Assembly (NCBI GenBank): GCA_004431415.1 | Contig: QPMI01000328.1 | Location: 1-62,969, forward strand | From: Cyanophora paradoxa CCMP329 | Taxonomy: Eukaryota > Plantae > Glaucophyta | Direction of reading: 5' to 3' | Length of the DNA stretch: 62,969 nt | Shown here: piece after piece, positions 25,087 to 36,439 of the stretch | Layout of the letters: each line of letters starts with the position of its first letter | Position numbering within the stretch: the first letter of the stretch is position 1 | Program-made: the position numbers and the translations under genes | Notes under the pieces: generated by a model | What the model was told of the DNA's origin: nothing | The model's database searches: none | The model's input: only the letters and a program-made list of their open reading frames with translations

Positions 25087-26020
25087 GCTTTCCCAAGCCC
25101 GAGAGGTGTCGAGGAGTAGAGAGCTGCCCTGGCCTGGCTCGCAAGCGCCATGTAGTCGCCTGCTGCTCGCGATCGCGATTGGAGCCTTGAAGCCTTCAGA
25201 TCGGACAGGGTGAGGCTTGCACTGCGGCACGCACTGCAACACCGCACAGCGATACATGTAAGCTGCCAGCTGCAGGCTGCGGCAGTCCTTGACTCAGTGA
25301 CTCGGCGATTTGAGGGCGCGCGGTTGCCCCAGCTCAGCGGCCCGGCGGCTTCACGATCACGATTGATCCAGTTTGATCAGAGCTCGAGCTCTTGGGGCTT
25401 CAAGGCTTGTCGCAGTGTGCAACCGTTGAACTGGGCCACGGTGAGGAACTTGGAAGGGGGATCGCAATCGCAATTGGCGCCCGGCGGCCCCCCCAACACA
25501 GCCCCGCCCATGGTGCTGAACGATTCTAATTCAATCTCGAATTTGCAATCGATACCTCAAAATCGATTGCAAAGCCGGCGGCGGCGATACGGAACTACAA
25601 AGACGTGATAGAACACCGAAAAGGAGCCGAGACCGGCTGACTTGAGTTAGAAACTGCTTTATTCGATTTCAAGAACTATGCAAAAAATAAGCAGCCTCGG
25701 GGGGCGAGGGTCACGAACTTAGAAAGCCATAAATATGCGCGCGAGAAAATGGATTTCAAACAGCGGGTCGAGCAGTCCGACGACCGCAAGCATTTAGCTA
25801 CGTTACTTTAAGGCTTACGAAGTTACTAAATCAATAGTCTTAGCACTAGCAGATCTAAAAATTAACGCTTGCGCGTTTTAGCATACGCCCTATGTAAAAA
25901 CGGAGTTTTTCGGTCTAAATCAAACTACCCAAAGAATTCGAAAGTGTACGTAGCTACCAAAACAAGTCGCGATGGTTCGCCCTACGAAAAACGAGCTGCG
26001 TATCCTGGCCTAGAGCTGGC

Positions 26021-29000
26021 CTACGGAGGGCGGCGGCGGGGGGCTAGAGGAGGTGGGCGGAGGGGGTCCAGGCGGCCGGCTGGGTTCCGGGGCGAGGCCG
26101 CACGGCCCCCGGAGGGGGGCTGGGGCCCTCCTCCGCCTCGCGGGGGGGCCCGGGCGGGGGCGGCCCGCCGGGGCCCGGGCGGGGCGGGGGCGGAAGAAGA
26201 GCACGGGGGCGTCTCCGGCACCTGCTCCTCGCCGAGGCTCATGAAGGAGGGGACGGGGGCGCGCGCCGGGGGGCCGGCGGGGCGGGCCCCGCCCCCACGG
26301 CGGCGGCCGCCATGCCGGCCCGGCACTCGGCCTCCATGCGGCGCACGCTCTCCATGCGGCCGCCCTCGTGCGGGAAGTACGCCTGCGCGCGGCGGCGGCG
26401 CGTCACGGGCGCCCCCCTTGGGGTCTCGTGCACCCCCCCGCGGGCGGGGGCACCGGGTAGCGGTCGTAGAGGACGGAGCGGGCGCGGGCGAGGCTGGCGA
26501 GGGCCTTGGACCACTCGCCGCAGTGCATGTGGGTGCGGGCGAGCTGCGGGGCGGGGTCGGCGGGGGCGGGGGCCGCGGGGGGCCTCGGGGGCGGGGCCCG
26601 GGCCTGGAAGAGGGCGTGGCCGACGACGGCCTCGCGGAGCGGGTGCGTGCGCATGGCGAAGCGGTCCATCAGCAGCAGGCTCCACCGCATGTTCGACACC
26701 AGGTCCTCCCTGCCCCCGCCCCGCACCCTGAGCCCACGCCGCGCCCCCGGGGCCGCGCAGGCGGCGCACAGCCTCGGCTCCCGCTTCATCGTCCCCGGCT
26801 TCACCTTGTGCTCGATGATGCTCACCTGCGCGCCCCCGGACGCCCCCTCAGCGCCCCGCCCCGCGCCCCCGCAAGGCAGCGGCAGAAGCGCCGGCGCGGC
26901 GGCTGGTGGCGGGGCAGCGGGCCGCCACGCACCCACCAGGGGAGCCAGTTGAAGGTGTAGTCGAGCTCGGGGTACGCGAACCCGTACGCCTCGCACGCCT
27001 GCTCCAGCGAGCGCCCCGCGTACTGCCGCCCCCGCCGCCCTCAGCGGCAGGCGGGGCGGAGGGATGAAGAGAAGGGGAGGGGAGGGGGAGGGGGCGGACG
27101 TGGCGGAGGCCGCCGAGGTCGGCGGTGTGGAAGCTGCAGATGGACATCGTCTGGAAGATGCGTTCCAGCGGCGCCCTGCCCCGCCCCCGGGGCGCCCGGT
27201 GGGAGGGCAGCCGCGAGGGCCCCCGCGGCCCGGGGCGCACCGGTAGCCGGGGGACATGGGCGCGAGGATGTCGACGGCGCGCTCGAGGTGCCGCCGCGAG
27301 TTGCGCCACTGCGGCGGGGCGCGGTCGGGCGCGGGGCGGAGCGGGGGGCGCGGGGCGGGGGCGGGGGGGGACCTGGCCCCGCATGAAGGCCTCCCAGCCT
27401 GCCCCCCGAGTCGGCTCGAGGCCGAAGAAGAAGAAGAAGGAGGAGGGGCGGGGCGGGGCGGGCGGACCGAGGGTGCGGACGGCGCAGGCCTCGCCGAAGC
27501 GGTCCTCCTCGTCCCCCTCGCAGAACCAGTAGAGCTGCCGACCGCCCCCGGCGCGCGCGCCCCGAGAGTCGGCCGCCGCGGGCGAAGGGGGCGGCGGCGG
27601 AGAGCGCACGCGGGTGCAGATGTGGAAGCCCATGTGGCTCCTGTGGGGCATCCGCACTGGGGGGGAGCGGGAGGGGCCGGTGAGGGGCCGGGGCGGGGGC
27701 GCGGGGGGCGGGGCGGACGGAGGGAGTCGGCGAGCTCGCAGAGGAGGGCAGCCTCCTGGCGGCACGGCGTCTCCCCCGCGCGGATCAGCTCGCTCCACGC
27801 CCCAAAGTAGAGCTCGAGCGCCCCCTCGCTCTCCCGCCACTGGCCCCGCACGTCGGCCCCGGGCCGCGAGGAGGCGGGGCGCCGGGGCGGCGGCGGCGGC
27901 GCACCTGCTCGAGGGCCCACGCGCGGCGCCGCATCGCCTCGCAGCGGAGAACCGGGCGCCCCGCGAAGTGCGGCGCCACCAGCCGCTCCGCCTGAGGCGC
28001 GCCTCAGGGGCGCCCGGCGGGGCGGCACGGGCGGGGGGGCGCGGGGGCGCGCGTGATCGACGAGGGCAAAGACGTAGTCGCGGGGCACGGGAAGAGGTCG
28101 GCCGAGACGATGCGGGCCTGCGGGGGCGGTGAGAGGGCGGGAGGGTGAGAGGGGGGCGGGGCGGGGAGGGGTACGGACCTCGCCGCAGAGGACGGCGACG
28201 GCGTTCCACGCGTGCTCCGCCGCCAGCGCCGCCTCGTCCCTGCGCCGCCGCCGCCCCGCGTGAGGCGCGCTCCGGGCCCCTCGCCCGCCGCCTCCCGGCG
28301 GGACGCACGCGTCGGGGAGGCCGACGAAGGCGCCGGCCTCGCAGCCGGCGGCGAGCAGCAGCGCCCGCCACGCCCCAGCCACCGCCTCCACCTGCCCGCC
28401 CCGCTCGAGGCGCCCGGGCGCCGGGGGCCGGGGCCGGGGCGGGGGCGCGCGAGGTCGGGGGAGCCGGCGAGGCGGAGGTCCTCGAGGGCGCGGCGGGCGC
28501 GGAAGCGGCCCTCCCGCGAGCGGAAGAGCGGCGAGTCGAAGACCTCGGCGTTCGAGAGGGCCTGCCGGGGGGCAGCGTGAGGCGGGGCCGGGGCCGGCGG
28601 GGGGCGGGGCGGGGGCACGGCGGCGAGGTCGCGGCAGGCGGTGAGGAGGCGGGCGGGCGGGGCCGGTGCCCCACCACGGGGTGCTTGACCCCCACGCTGC
28701 CGGCCCCGCCTCAGCAGCGCCCAGGCGGCAGAGGCGCCGGCGGGGAGACCTCGCTGCGACGGCCCCGACGGCGGCGTGGGAGGCATAGACCATCGCCAGG
28801 GCCCCCTCCCGCGAGGCCCCGCCGGCGTGCCGGTACGGCGGCGGCTGCGCGCTGTCGGTGCGCGCGTGGCAAGGGGCTCGAGGGGCGCGCGGACCATGCC
28901 GGTGAGGGAGAGGGGCGAGGAGAAGGAGGCGGGGGGCGGCCCGCGCGTGTGCGGCGCGGCGCGCCCCGCGGAGGAGGTCGGCAGGCCCGCCCCCTCCGTC

Positions 29001-30358
29001 GTCACGCCCCTGCCGCACCGCTCAGCGCACGCGCGAGAGGGCGCGGCGCTGGCGCGACGAGGGGCTACCGGGTTGCTGCGGGGATGATGGCGTGGGCGGG
29101 GAGGGGCGGCGGGGGCGGGGGCGCGGGGAGGGGCCCGAGGGGCGCCTCCTCGGGGGCGGCGTCGGCGTCGGGGTAGAGGTGCACGGCGCGCTGGAACTGG
29201 AGGGCGAGCTGCTCCTCCTCGTCCCCGCCCCCGCCCTTCTTCTCCTCCCCGTACTCCGACCCGTACCCCGCCTCGGGCCCGGCCTCGCGCTCGGAGTCGG
29301 AGGAGGCGCCGGAGGTGCCCGAGGCGGTGAGGGAGGCCGCCGAGGAGGGCCGCCGCCCCGCCCCGCCCCCGCCCACCCGCGCCCGCTTCGCCGCCTCCCG
29401 CGGGCCGCCCCCGCCGGGCGCCGCGGCGCCGGCGGCCTGGGGCGCTTGGGGGCGCGGAGCCCCAGACGAGGAGGGAGTCGAGGAGGCGGCCGGCCATGTC
29501 CTCGATGAGGAGCCTGCCCCCGGCTCGGGCCCCGAAGCACGAGGCGGGGCGGGGCCCGGGGCGCGGCGCGGGGCACCGGAAGGCGCGGCGGCGGTGGAGG
29601 AAGCTGGAGGCGGCGATGCCGAAGCGCTGGGCGGAGTAGCCCTTGCCGTTCATCCGCAGCACGAGCTCCGTGCGCGCCTCGCCGACCTTGGCCCCCCGCG
29701 CGAAGCCGACGAGCGGCGCCGGCAGGACCGGCTCGCCGTTGTCTGCGGCCGGCGGCGCCGCCCCCTCAGCGGGGCGCCTCGGGGCGGCTGGGCGCAGCGG
29801 GCGGACCGGCGAAGACGAGGCGGAGGCGGATGAGGGCGCCCTCGCAGGCGGCGAGGTCGGCCCCGCGCGGCTCCCCCGCGAGGCCCACGAGGTAGCGCCG
29901 CGCCGAGAGCAGGACGCAGTCCACCCCCACCGCGCCCCGCTCCACCTCCTCCGCGCTCGGCGCCTCCAGCCGCGCCGGCCGCCCCTTCGCCTGCCGCCCT
30001 CCGCGCGTGGGCGGCGAGGGGCGCGCGGCGCGCGGGGCGCGGTGCCGCGACGCGCTCGCACCTCGCGGGGTGCGCGGCTGTGACCCCGCGTGTCCCCGCC
30101 GTGCAGGATCTCGAACCGCGCGACCCGGTACTTCGTATCGGCCTCGACCTTCCGCCCTCGTCAGCGCAGGAGGCGGCGGCGGAGGAGGAGGCGCACCTCC
30201 GAGGGCGCCAGCGGCATTTTCGGGGAGTCTGGCCTGCCGCTCCCGTCGCTGCCGGGCGTTCCCGGGCGCAAAGCAGAAACCATGCTGTAATCGAACTCCC
30301 CGGCCCACGCCGCGCTTCCCACAGCTGAAAACACGCGAAGAGCCGGATCAATCTCCAT
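26021..30358 (-). CDS. Hypothetical multi-exon protein with helical/TPR-like C-terminus
   Basis: Exons include MEIDPALRVF, LYFGAWSELIRAG, LYWFCEGDEEDRFGEAC, RRHLERAVDIL, LARTHMHCGEWSKALASLARARSVL; regular introns. Confidence 0.55.
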
Positions 30359-30737
30359 ACTTGTCGTGGATCGCGCCGCTCACTGTGGAATCGGCCAGCG
30401 CGCGTCCACAACAGCTGCAACGCTCCGGTGCCGCAAATGCAGATGGATCATCGGTGCCTGGCAGTCCGAAACACGCTGCCGCCTGCCGCCAGCGTTGAGG
30501 CGCGAGCGCCCCTAGCTGCAGCTGCAGGTTGCCGCCAGTGCAGCCTGGCAGACGACGAGCCTGCAAACTTAACTTGCCTCGCCGCCGAGTCGCCTGCGGC
30601 AGTAGCTAGTGCTAACCTAGTAGGCATGCGCAGCGCGAAGGGGCTGCGGTACGGTAGGCGCCGGTAGCCTGCGGAGCACTCACGCGGGATCATCGGACTC
30701 GCCGAGTCGCGATCGGAATCATCGGATCCCTGCTGCA

Positions 30738-31127
30738 TAGGGTTGGCCGCTTGAAATTTCAAGCCATTGAAATTGCATTGAAATTGAATTTTCAATTTCA
30801 CTTTCAATGCCGCCCGTTGAAATTGCATTGAAATAGAATATAAATTTAATAAAATATATTGAATTTATCCGTTTTTGCACCATCAGCTTCCCCTTCCCAG
30901 CCCCTCCGGCCTTCCCAGGAGCCCTCCCAGCCCGTAAAGATACTCAGAGAGTGAGAGCGAAGTCCATTAGAGACAATTTAGTGTGAAAGAGACTCTCCGA
31001 AGTGCGTAGGGTCCCTGCACGTGCTGCTCTGCGGATTGAAATTTCAATTGAATTTTCAAAGCTTTCAAAGGGTCGACTTTCAGTTTCAACGCCAAATTTT
31101 TGAATTTCATGAAATTCACCAACCCTA
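30738..31127. mobile_element. Non-autonomous hAT element (MITE), 390 bp
   Basis: TIR TAGGGTTGG / CCAACCCTA with a perfect 8-bp TSD CTGCTGCA (30730-30737 and 31128-31135); subterminal TTGAAAT repeats. Confidence 0.93.
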
Positions 31128-31645
31128 CTGCTGCACAGTCCTGCACTGCGGCAGCTGCGCCGGGCGCCTAGCTAGCTGCGCGCGCGCGCGCGCGCGCCGC
31201 GCGGCCGCGGAATTCGGCGGGAATTCGAATGAGGTAACTTACTAGTTAGCAACATTCGGGTTTCTAGTACTTTCTACCGGTACATGAGGAGTCACAGGCT
31301 CACAGCCCGGAGCCTCGAGCTCATGATCACAGCTAATATATAGAATAATATTACTGACGTGTATAATTTGTTTAATAGTCGATCGACGTACTGTCGATCG
31401 GACGGTTACTTGAATTACCGGCCCGGGTAATCATGATCACGCGTCCGCGTACGCGTCGGCCGGCTAGCTATATATATTTAATGTTAATTAATTATTAATA
31501 ATGCCAAGTTACCGCGGTAATTATCATTTCTCGATTCATGCGTTTATCTGACTTGCATGCATGTATACGTATCATCGTATACGTAACGTATGCCGCACAG
31601 TATCATGTCAGTATGCGCACTATTCGGAAACGGCCTTATATGCGC

Positions 31646-33528
31646 AGACAAGATCCGTGCTCCTGCGGAGCACTAAGTACGGCGAAGCCTCGCGGACGCC
31701 CTCGCGGCTGTCACAGTAGGCCTACATGTACAGGGCACTCACCGACTGCCAGGCTGGCCAGCGGCCTGGCCGATCGCGAACAGCTTTCTGGCTGGAAGCT
31801 GGCTGGCTGACGGCCAGTCCAGCTAGCGCTGGCCGGCTAGAGGAATATTAATGTACTGAGGAAATAAAGGGTGGAGCAGATTGAGAGGAGATTAATTATA
31901 TAATATTGTTGGGAAGGAGGCCCGGGAGGGGCGAGGTTCGCGAATCGCTTAAACAGAATCTCGAATTCGAATGCATATAGCATCGATGTGTAGGGCTGCG
32001 GAGGCGAGGGCGCGCGGAAAGATGTGCAGGCGTGGCCAGGATCGAATTTTTGCGTCGGCTGGATTGCCGCGCCCTGTTGCGTCCGCAGAGCTTGCGAAAG
32101 GCTTTTAAAACATCTCTGATGAATATTGTAGCGATGCCCGTGCGTGAGGATGCGAGGGCGCGCGGAAAGATGTGCAGGTCTGTCCAGGATCGAATTTTCG
32201 GGGTCGGCTGGGTCCCCGCGGCCCGGCGCATCCGTAAAGCGTGCGGAAGGCTTCTTCTACATCTCAAATGCTTATGCTATTGTTCCGCGCATGCACCGCG
32301 GCGTGGGCGCGCGGAAAGATGTCCGGGCCCGTGCAGGATCGAATTTTTGCCGCCGGCTGGGTTCTCGTGCTCTTTCGCGTCTTCGAAGCTTGTGGAAGGC
32401 TTTGATAAAATCCCAAATGAATATAGTAGCGATGTGCTTGCGTGAGGATGCGAGGGCGCGCGGAAAGACGTGCAGGTCCGTGAAGGATCGAATTTTCGGG
32501 GTCGGCTGGGTCCTCGCGGCCCGGCGCATCCGTAAACCGTGCGGAATGCTTTGTCTACATTTCAAATGCTTATGCTATTGTTCCGCGCATGCGCCGCGGC
32601 GTGGGCGCGCGGAAAGATGTCCGGGTCCGTGCAGGATCGAATTTTTGCCGTCCGCTGGGTTCTCGTGCTCTTTCGCGTCTTCGAAGCTTGTGGAAGGCTT
32701 TGATAAAATCTCAAATGAATATTGTAGCGATGCGCATGCGCGAGAATGCGAGGGCGCGCGGAAAGATGTTCAGGTCCGTCCAGGATCGAATTTTCGGGGT
32801 CGGCTGGGTCCTCGCGGCCTGGTGCATTTAGAGACCGTGCGGAAGTCTTCTTCTACATCTTAAATGCTTATGCTATCGTTCCGCGCGTGCGCCGCGGCGT
32901 GGGCGCGCGGAAAGATGTCCGGGCCCGTGTGGGATCGAAGTTTTGCCGTCGGGTACCTTCCTGCGCTGTTCCGGCTCCGAAAAGCGGATTTCGGGGGTGC
33001 GCAGGCCCTGCTATGTCTATGCGCGCCAGTACGCATCGATTGCGCGCGTCGCGGGACCGGCCGGAACCGGCCGGATCAAATTTCGGCCTACTGTTCGCAC
33101 TGGAGCGTCGACGGCGCCCGAAATCGAGTTTGCGGCGATGCGCTCGCCCTCGCGCGTCATTCTGTATCGTTCTGGGGCGTCCGTGGCGCGGTTTCGTCGC
33201 GGGACCGGGCGGGACCGGATCCCACCTTCTGAGTCGGACTGCGTTTGTCGGAGGTTAAGTACTGGAATTGATCCAGAGGGAAATTCGATATTCGCGCGAC
33301 GCCCACGGGAGAGCGGTCGTCTTAGGGGAGTCAGGACGCTAAAAATGGATCTAGAGAGGTCTGTGGGGGTTGGAGTAGCTGTGTTATTTGCGGCAATCGC
33401 GTCCGTGTCGAGGGAGAATTAATAATTCTGGCTTGAGGAGTGTCGATACGGAAATTATTTGGCAGGGGGGATCTCGAGTGGAAAAAAAGGTTGAAAAAGG
33501 AATTTGGACCCGTTCGTTTTTGGTTTTG
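31646..33528 (-). mobile_element. Non-autonomous Helentron/HINE-like element, copy 1 (joined head-to-tail to copy 2)
   Basis: Minus-strand 3' end reads subTIR GAGGCTTCGCC, then stem-loop GTGCTCCGCAGGAGCAC, then GGATCTTGTCT. Whole unit is colinear with 33529-34848 plus 49028-49560. Confidence 0.65.
31990..33000. repeat. ~149-bp tandem repeat array (about 7 monomers, alternating types) inside copy 1
   Basis: GGGCGCGCGGAAAGA...GGATCGAATTTT recurs at about 32008, 32156, 32305, 32454, 32603, 32752, 32901. Confidence 0.9.
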
Positions 33529-33839
33529 AGACAAGATCCGTGCTCCTGCGGAGCACTAAGTACGGCGAAGCCTCGCGGACGCCCTCGCGGCTGTCACAGC
33601 AGGCGCGGCCAGCTGCAGTCCCGCCCAGCTATAATTAATTAGGGGATGAGTTGGACCGGTAACGCTTGCTTTTAACTGGTGGAGCAGATTGAGAGGAGAT
33701 TAATTTAATATTAATATATTGTTGGGGGGGAGGCCCGGGAGGGGCGATGTTCTCGCAGCCAGCTGCAGGCCTAGGCGCATGCGCAGATCTAGAGCTCGCG
33801 AATCGCTTAAACAGAATCTCGAATGCATAAAGCATCAAT

Positions 33840-34848
33840 GTGGAGGGCTGCGGAGGCGAGGGCGCGCGGAAAGCTGTGCAGGCCCGTTCAGGATCGAATT
33901 TTTGCGTCGGCTGCGTTCTTGTGCCCTGTCGCGCCCACAGAGGTTGCGGAAAGCTTTAAAAAGATCTCAAATAAGTATTGTAGCGATGCGCATGCGCGAG
34001 TATGCGAGGGCGCGCGGAAAGATGTGCAGGTCCGTGAAGGATCGAATTTTCGGGGTCGGCTGGGTCCCCGCGGCCCGGCGCATCTGTAAAGCGTGCGGAA
34101 AGCTTTTTCTACATCTCAAATGCTTATGCTATTGTTCCGCGCATGCACCGCGGCGTGGGCGCGCGGAAAGATGTCCGGGCCCGTGCAGGATCGAATTTTT
34201 GCCGCCGGCTGGGTTCTCGTGCTCTTTCGCGTCTTCGAAGCTTGTGGAAGGCTTTGATAAAATCCCAAATGAATATAGTAGCGATGCGCTCGCGTGAGGA
34301 TGCGAGGGCGCGCGGAAAGACGTGCAGGTCCGTGAAGGATCGAATTTTCGGGGTCGGCTGGGTCCCCGCGGTCCGGCGCATCTGTAAAGCGTGCGGAACT
34401 CTTCTTCTACATCTCAAATGCTTATGCTATTGTTCCGCGCATGCGCCGCGGCGTTGGCGCGCGGAAAGATGCCCGGGCCTGTCCAGGATCGAATTTTTGC
34501 GTCGGCTGGGTTCTCGTGCCCTGTCGCGCCTGCAGAGCTTGCGAAAAGCTTTAAAAAGGAGTCAACTGAAAATTGTAGCGATGCGCTCGCGTGAGGATGC
34601 GAGGGCGCGCGGAAAGTTGTGCAGGTCCGTCCAGGATCGAATTTCCGGGGTCGGCTGGGTCCTCGCGGCCCGGCGCATTTAGAGACCGTGCGGAAGGCTT
34701 CTTCTACATCTCAAATGCTTATGCTATCGTTCCGCGCATGCGCCGCGGCGTGGGCGCGCGGAAAGATCTCCGGGGCTGTCTAGGATCGAATTTTTGCCGT
34801 CGGGTACCTTCCTGCGCTCTTCCGGCTCCGAAAAGCGGATTTCGGGGG
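33840..34848. repeat. ~149-bp tandem repeat array inside copy 2
   Basis: Same monomer and period as 31990-33000, about 7 copies. Confidence 0.9.
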
Positions 34849-35131
34849 TGTCGCGTGCGAGATTAGTGTGTCTAATCGTGCACGCGAGAAGCCCGTGCGG
34901 AGTGCAAGCTCGGCAGGGCGGGGTTTGGCAAGTGCTGCTGCTGTTAGCCACCGTGATGGTAGACTGAGGGTGTACCCGTCCAACTACGGCGTACCCCGAC
35001 ACACGCATACAAATGACCGCGGCGCTCTAACTAGCCTAGGCGCCGTCGGCCTAGCAGCACGAAGGCTGCATACATCATCTAGAGCCCTAGCGGCTCACAA
35101 TCGAGCATCCACTGTAAAGTCGGATGCGACA
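34849..35131 (-). repeat. 3' LTR (283 bp)
   Basis: TGTCGC...GCGACA terminal inverted repeat; identical by eye to 48740-49022. Confidence 0.97.
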
Positions 35132-35142
35132 ACTCCTCCTCT
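35132..35142 (-). other. Polypurine tract
   Basis: Minus strand AGAGGAGGAGT abutting the 3' LTR. Confidence 0.85.
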
Positions 35143-36439
35143 CGGATCCCGCGTCCGCGCGGGTCTACGCCCGAAGGCGAACAGAGAGAGGGCCGGGGAA
35201 GCCAGGAATTTGATCGAGCCTGAGCTCTCTATACAACGAGACCCCGGCCGCTATACACAAACGCTCGGAGCTACCGGCTACTGCCGGGAATCGAAAAAGG
35301 CTCCGAGCCACTCACGGTCGGCGTCACCGGCTACTGCCGGGAATCGAAAAGACGCCGAGCCCGTCTACGTCCGGCGACTGCCGGGAATCGAAAAAGGCTG
35401 TCGCCCGGCGGGTCCGGTACGACTCCAGCGTGTAGTGCCCAGGGGGCAAGGTCCAACTTCGGGCCGGCGGCCCAGGCAAACCCGCACGAGGCGAGCGGTA
35501 CGGAGACAGAAGCCGAGGGGGGCCCTGCCCTCATCGCGCAGCACGTTAGCCGCAAGAGCGCACGCTGCAACAGCAACGCGGGGCGTAGCGTCGCGATGGC
35601 ACTCGATAGCCCACAGCAATATGCCCGTCCCAGCGCTTAGGGATATGCAGCCCGTCGTGCGACGCTGCCTAGGCACAAGCCGCGCTCCCACAGCAATTGC
35701 ACGGCATCGAATCGGGGGACCCCGACGGCGGTGGAGCTAGGGATCTCCAGGGCGAGGCTAGGCGCCGCCCACAGGGCTCAAACCACCGTCACTCGTGACG
35801 GCAGGTGCCCTGCCCGACCCGTGCATGCACGTCCATTGCGAGGGGGACGTGACCCTCCCAGGCGAACTGCCACCGAGCGTCCCGGTGCAGAGCCCTGAAT
35901 GGGGGAATTTTTGCGTCCCCAGTCGTCGTACCCGGAGTGGGATCCGGCGTAACGACCGCCTGCGTGTACCCCACCGGCGCAAGGCGCGCCCTGGTACACC
36001 GCCAGGTCTTACACGGAGGGGGAATGGACATCCCCTGTCGCTGTACCCGAGGCAGAACTCGGCGTCACAGCCGCCTACCGACCCTTCTGCAGACGCGAGG
36101 CGCGTCCTAGGGCTCGGCTAGGTCTTCGGAGGGCCCCAGCCCTGTCACCGTGCCGAGCTGTGCTCAAGGCCACCGGCCGCCCGCGGCTCATCCAATTTGC
36201 CCGGGTCTTTACAAGGGACTCGCACCCTGTCACCGCGCCGAGCTGTGCTCAAGGCTGACGGCCGCCCGCAGCCTCTTCTCTCGGCTCGGGGCTTTCGCGT
36301 TGTGCGCGGGGCTCTGAGGCCCGTCGATCCAGCCCGCCTCGGGCGATCTCTTGCTCAGCGCTGCCAAGGGGCTAGCGCAGCCGCTCTCATGTCCTTGCCC
36401 TCGCGTGGGGTCGGGACGCGGCTCGGAGCCGGCTTTCCC

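Noticed and set aside
25440-26010. AT-rich spacer as a possible transposon
   Set aside because: No TIR, TSD or second copy found in the window.
31990-34848. Regularly spaced repeats resembling a CRISPR array; ORFs over the repeats
   Set aside because: The sequences between the motifs are themselves repeated, so this is a satellite. No cas genes, eukaryotic context, and the ORFs are just repeat translations.
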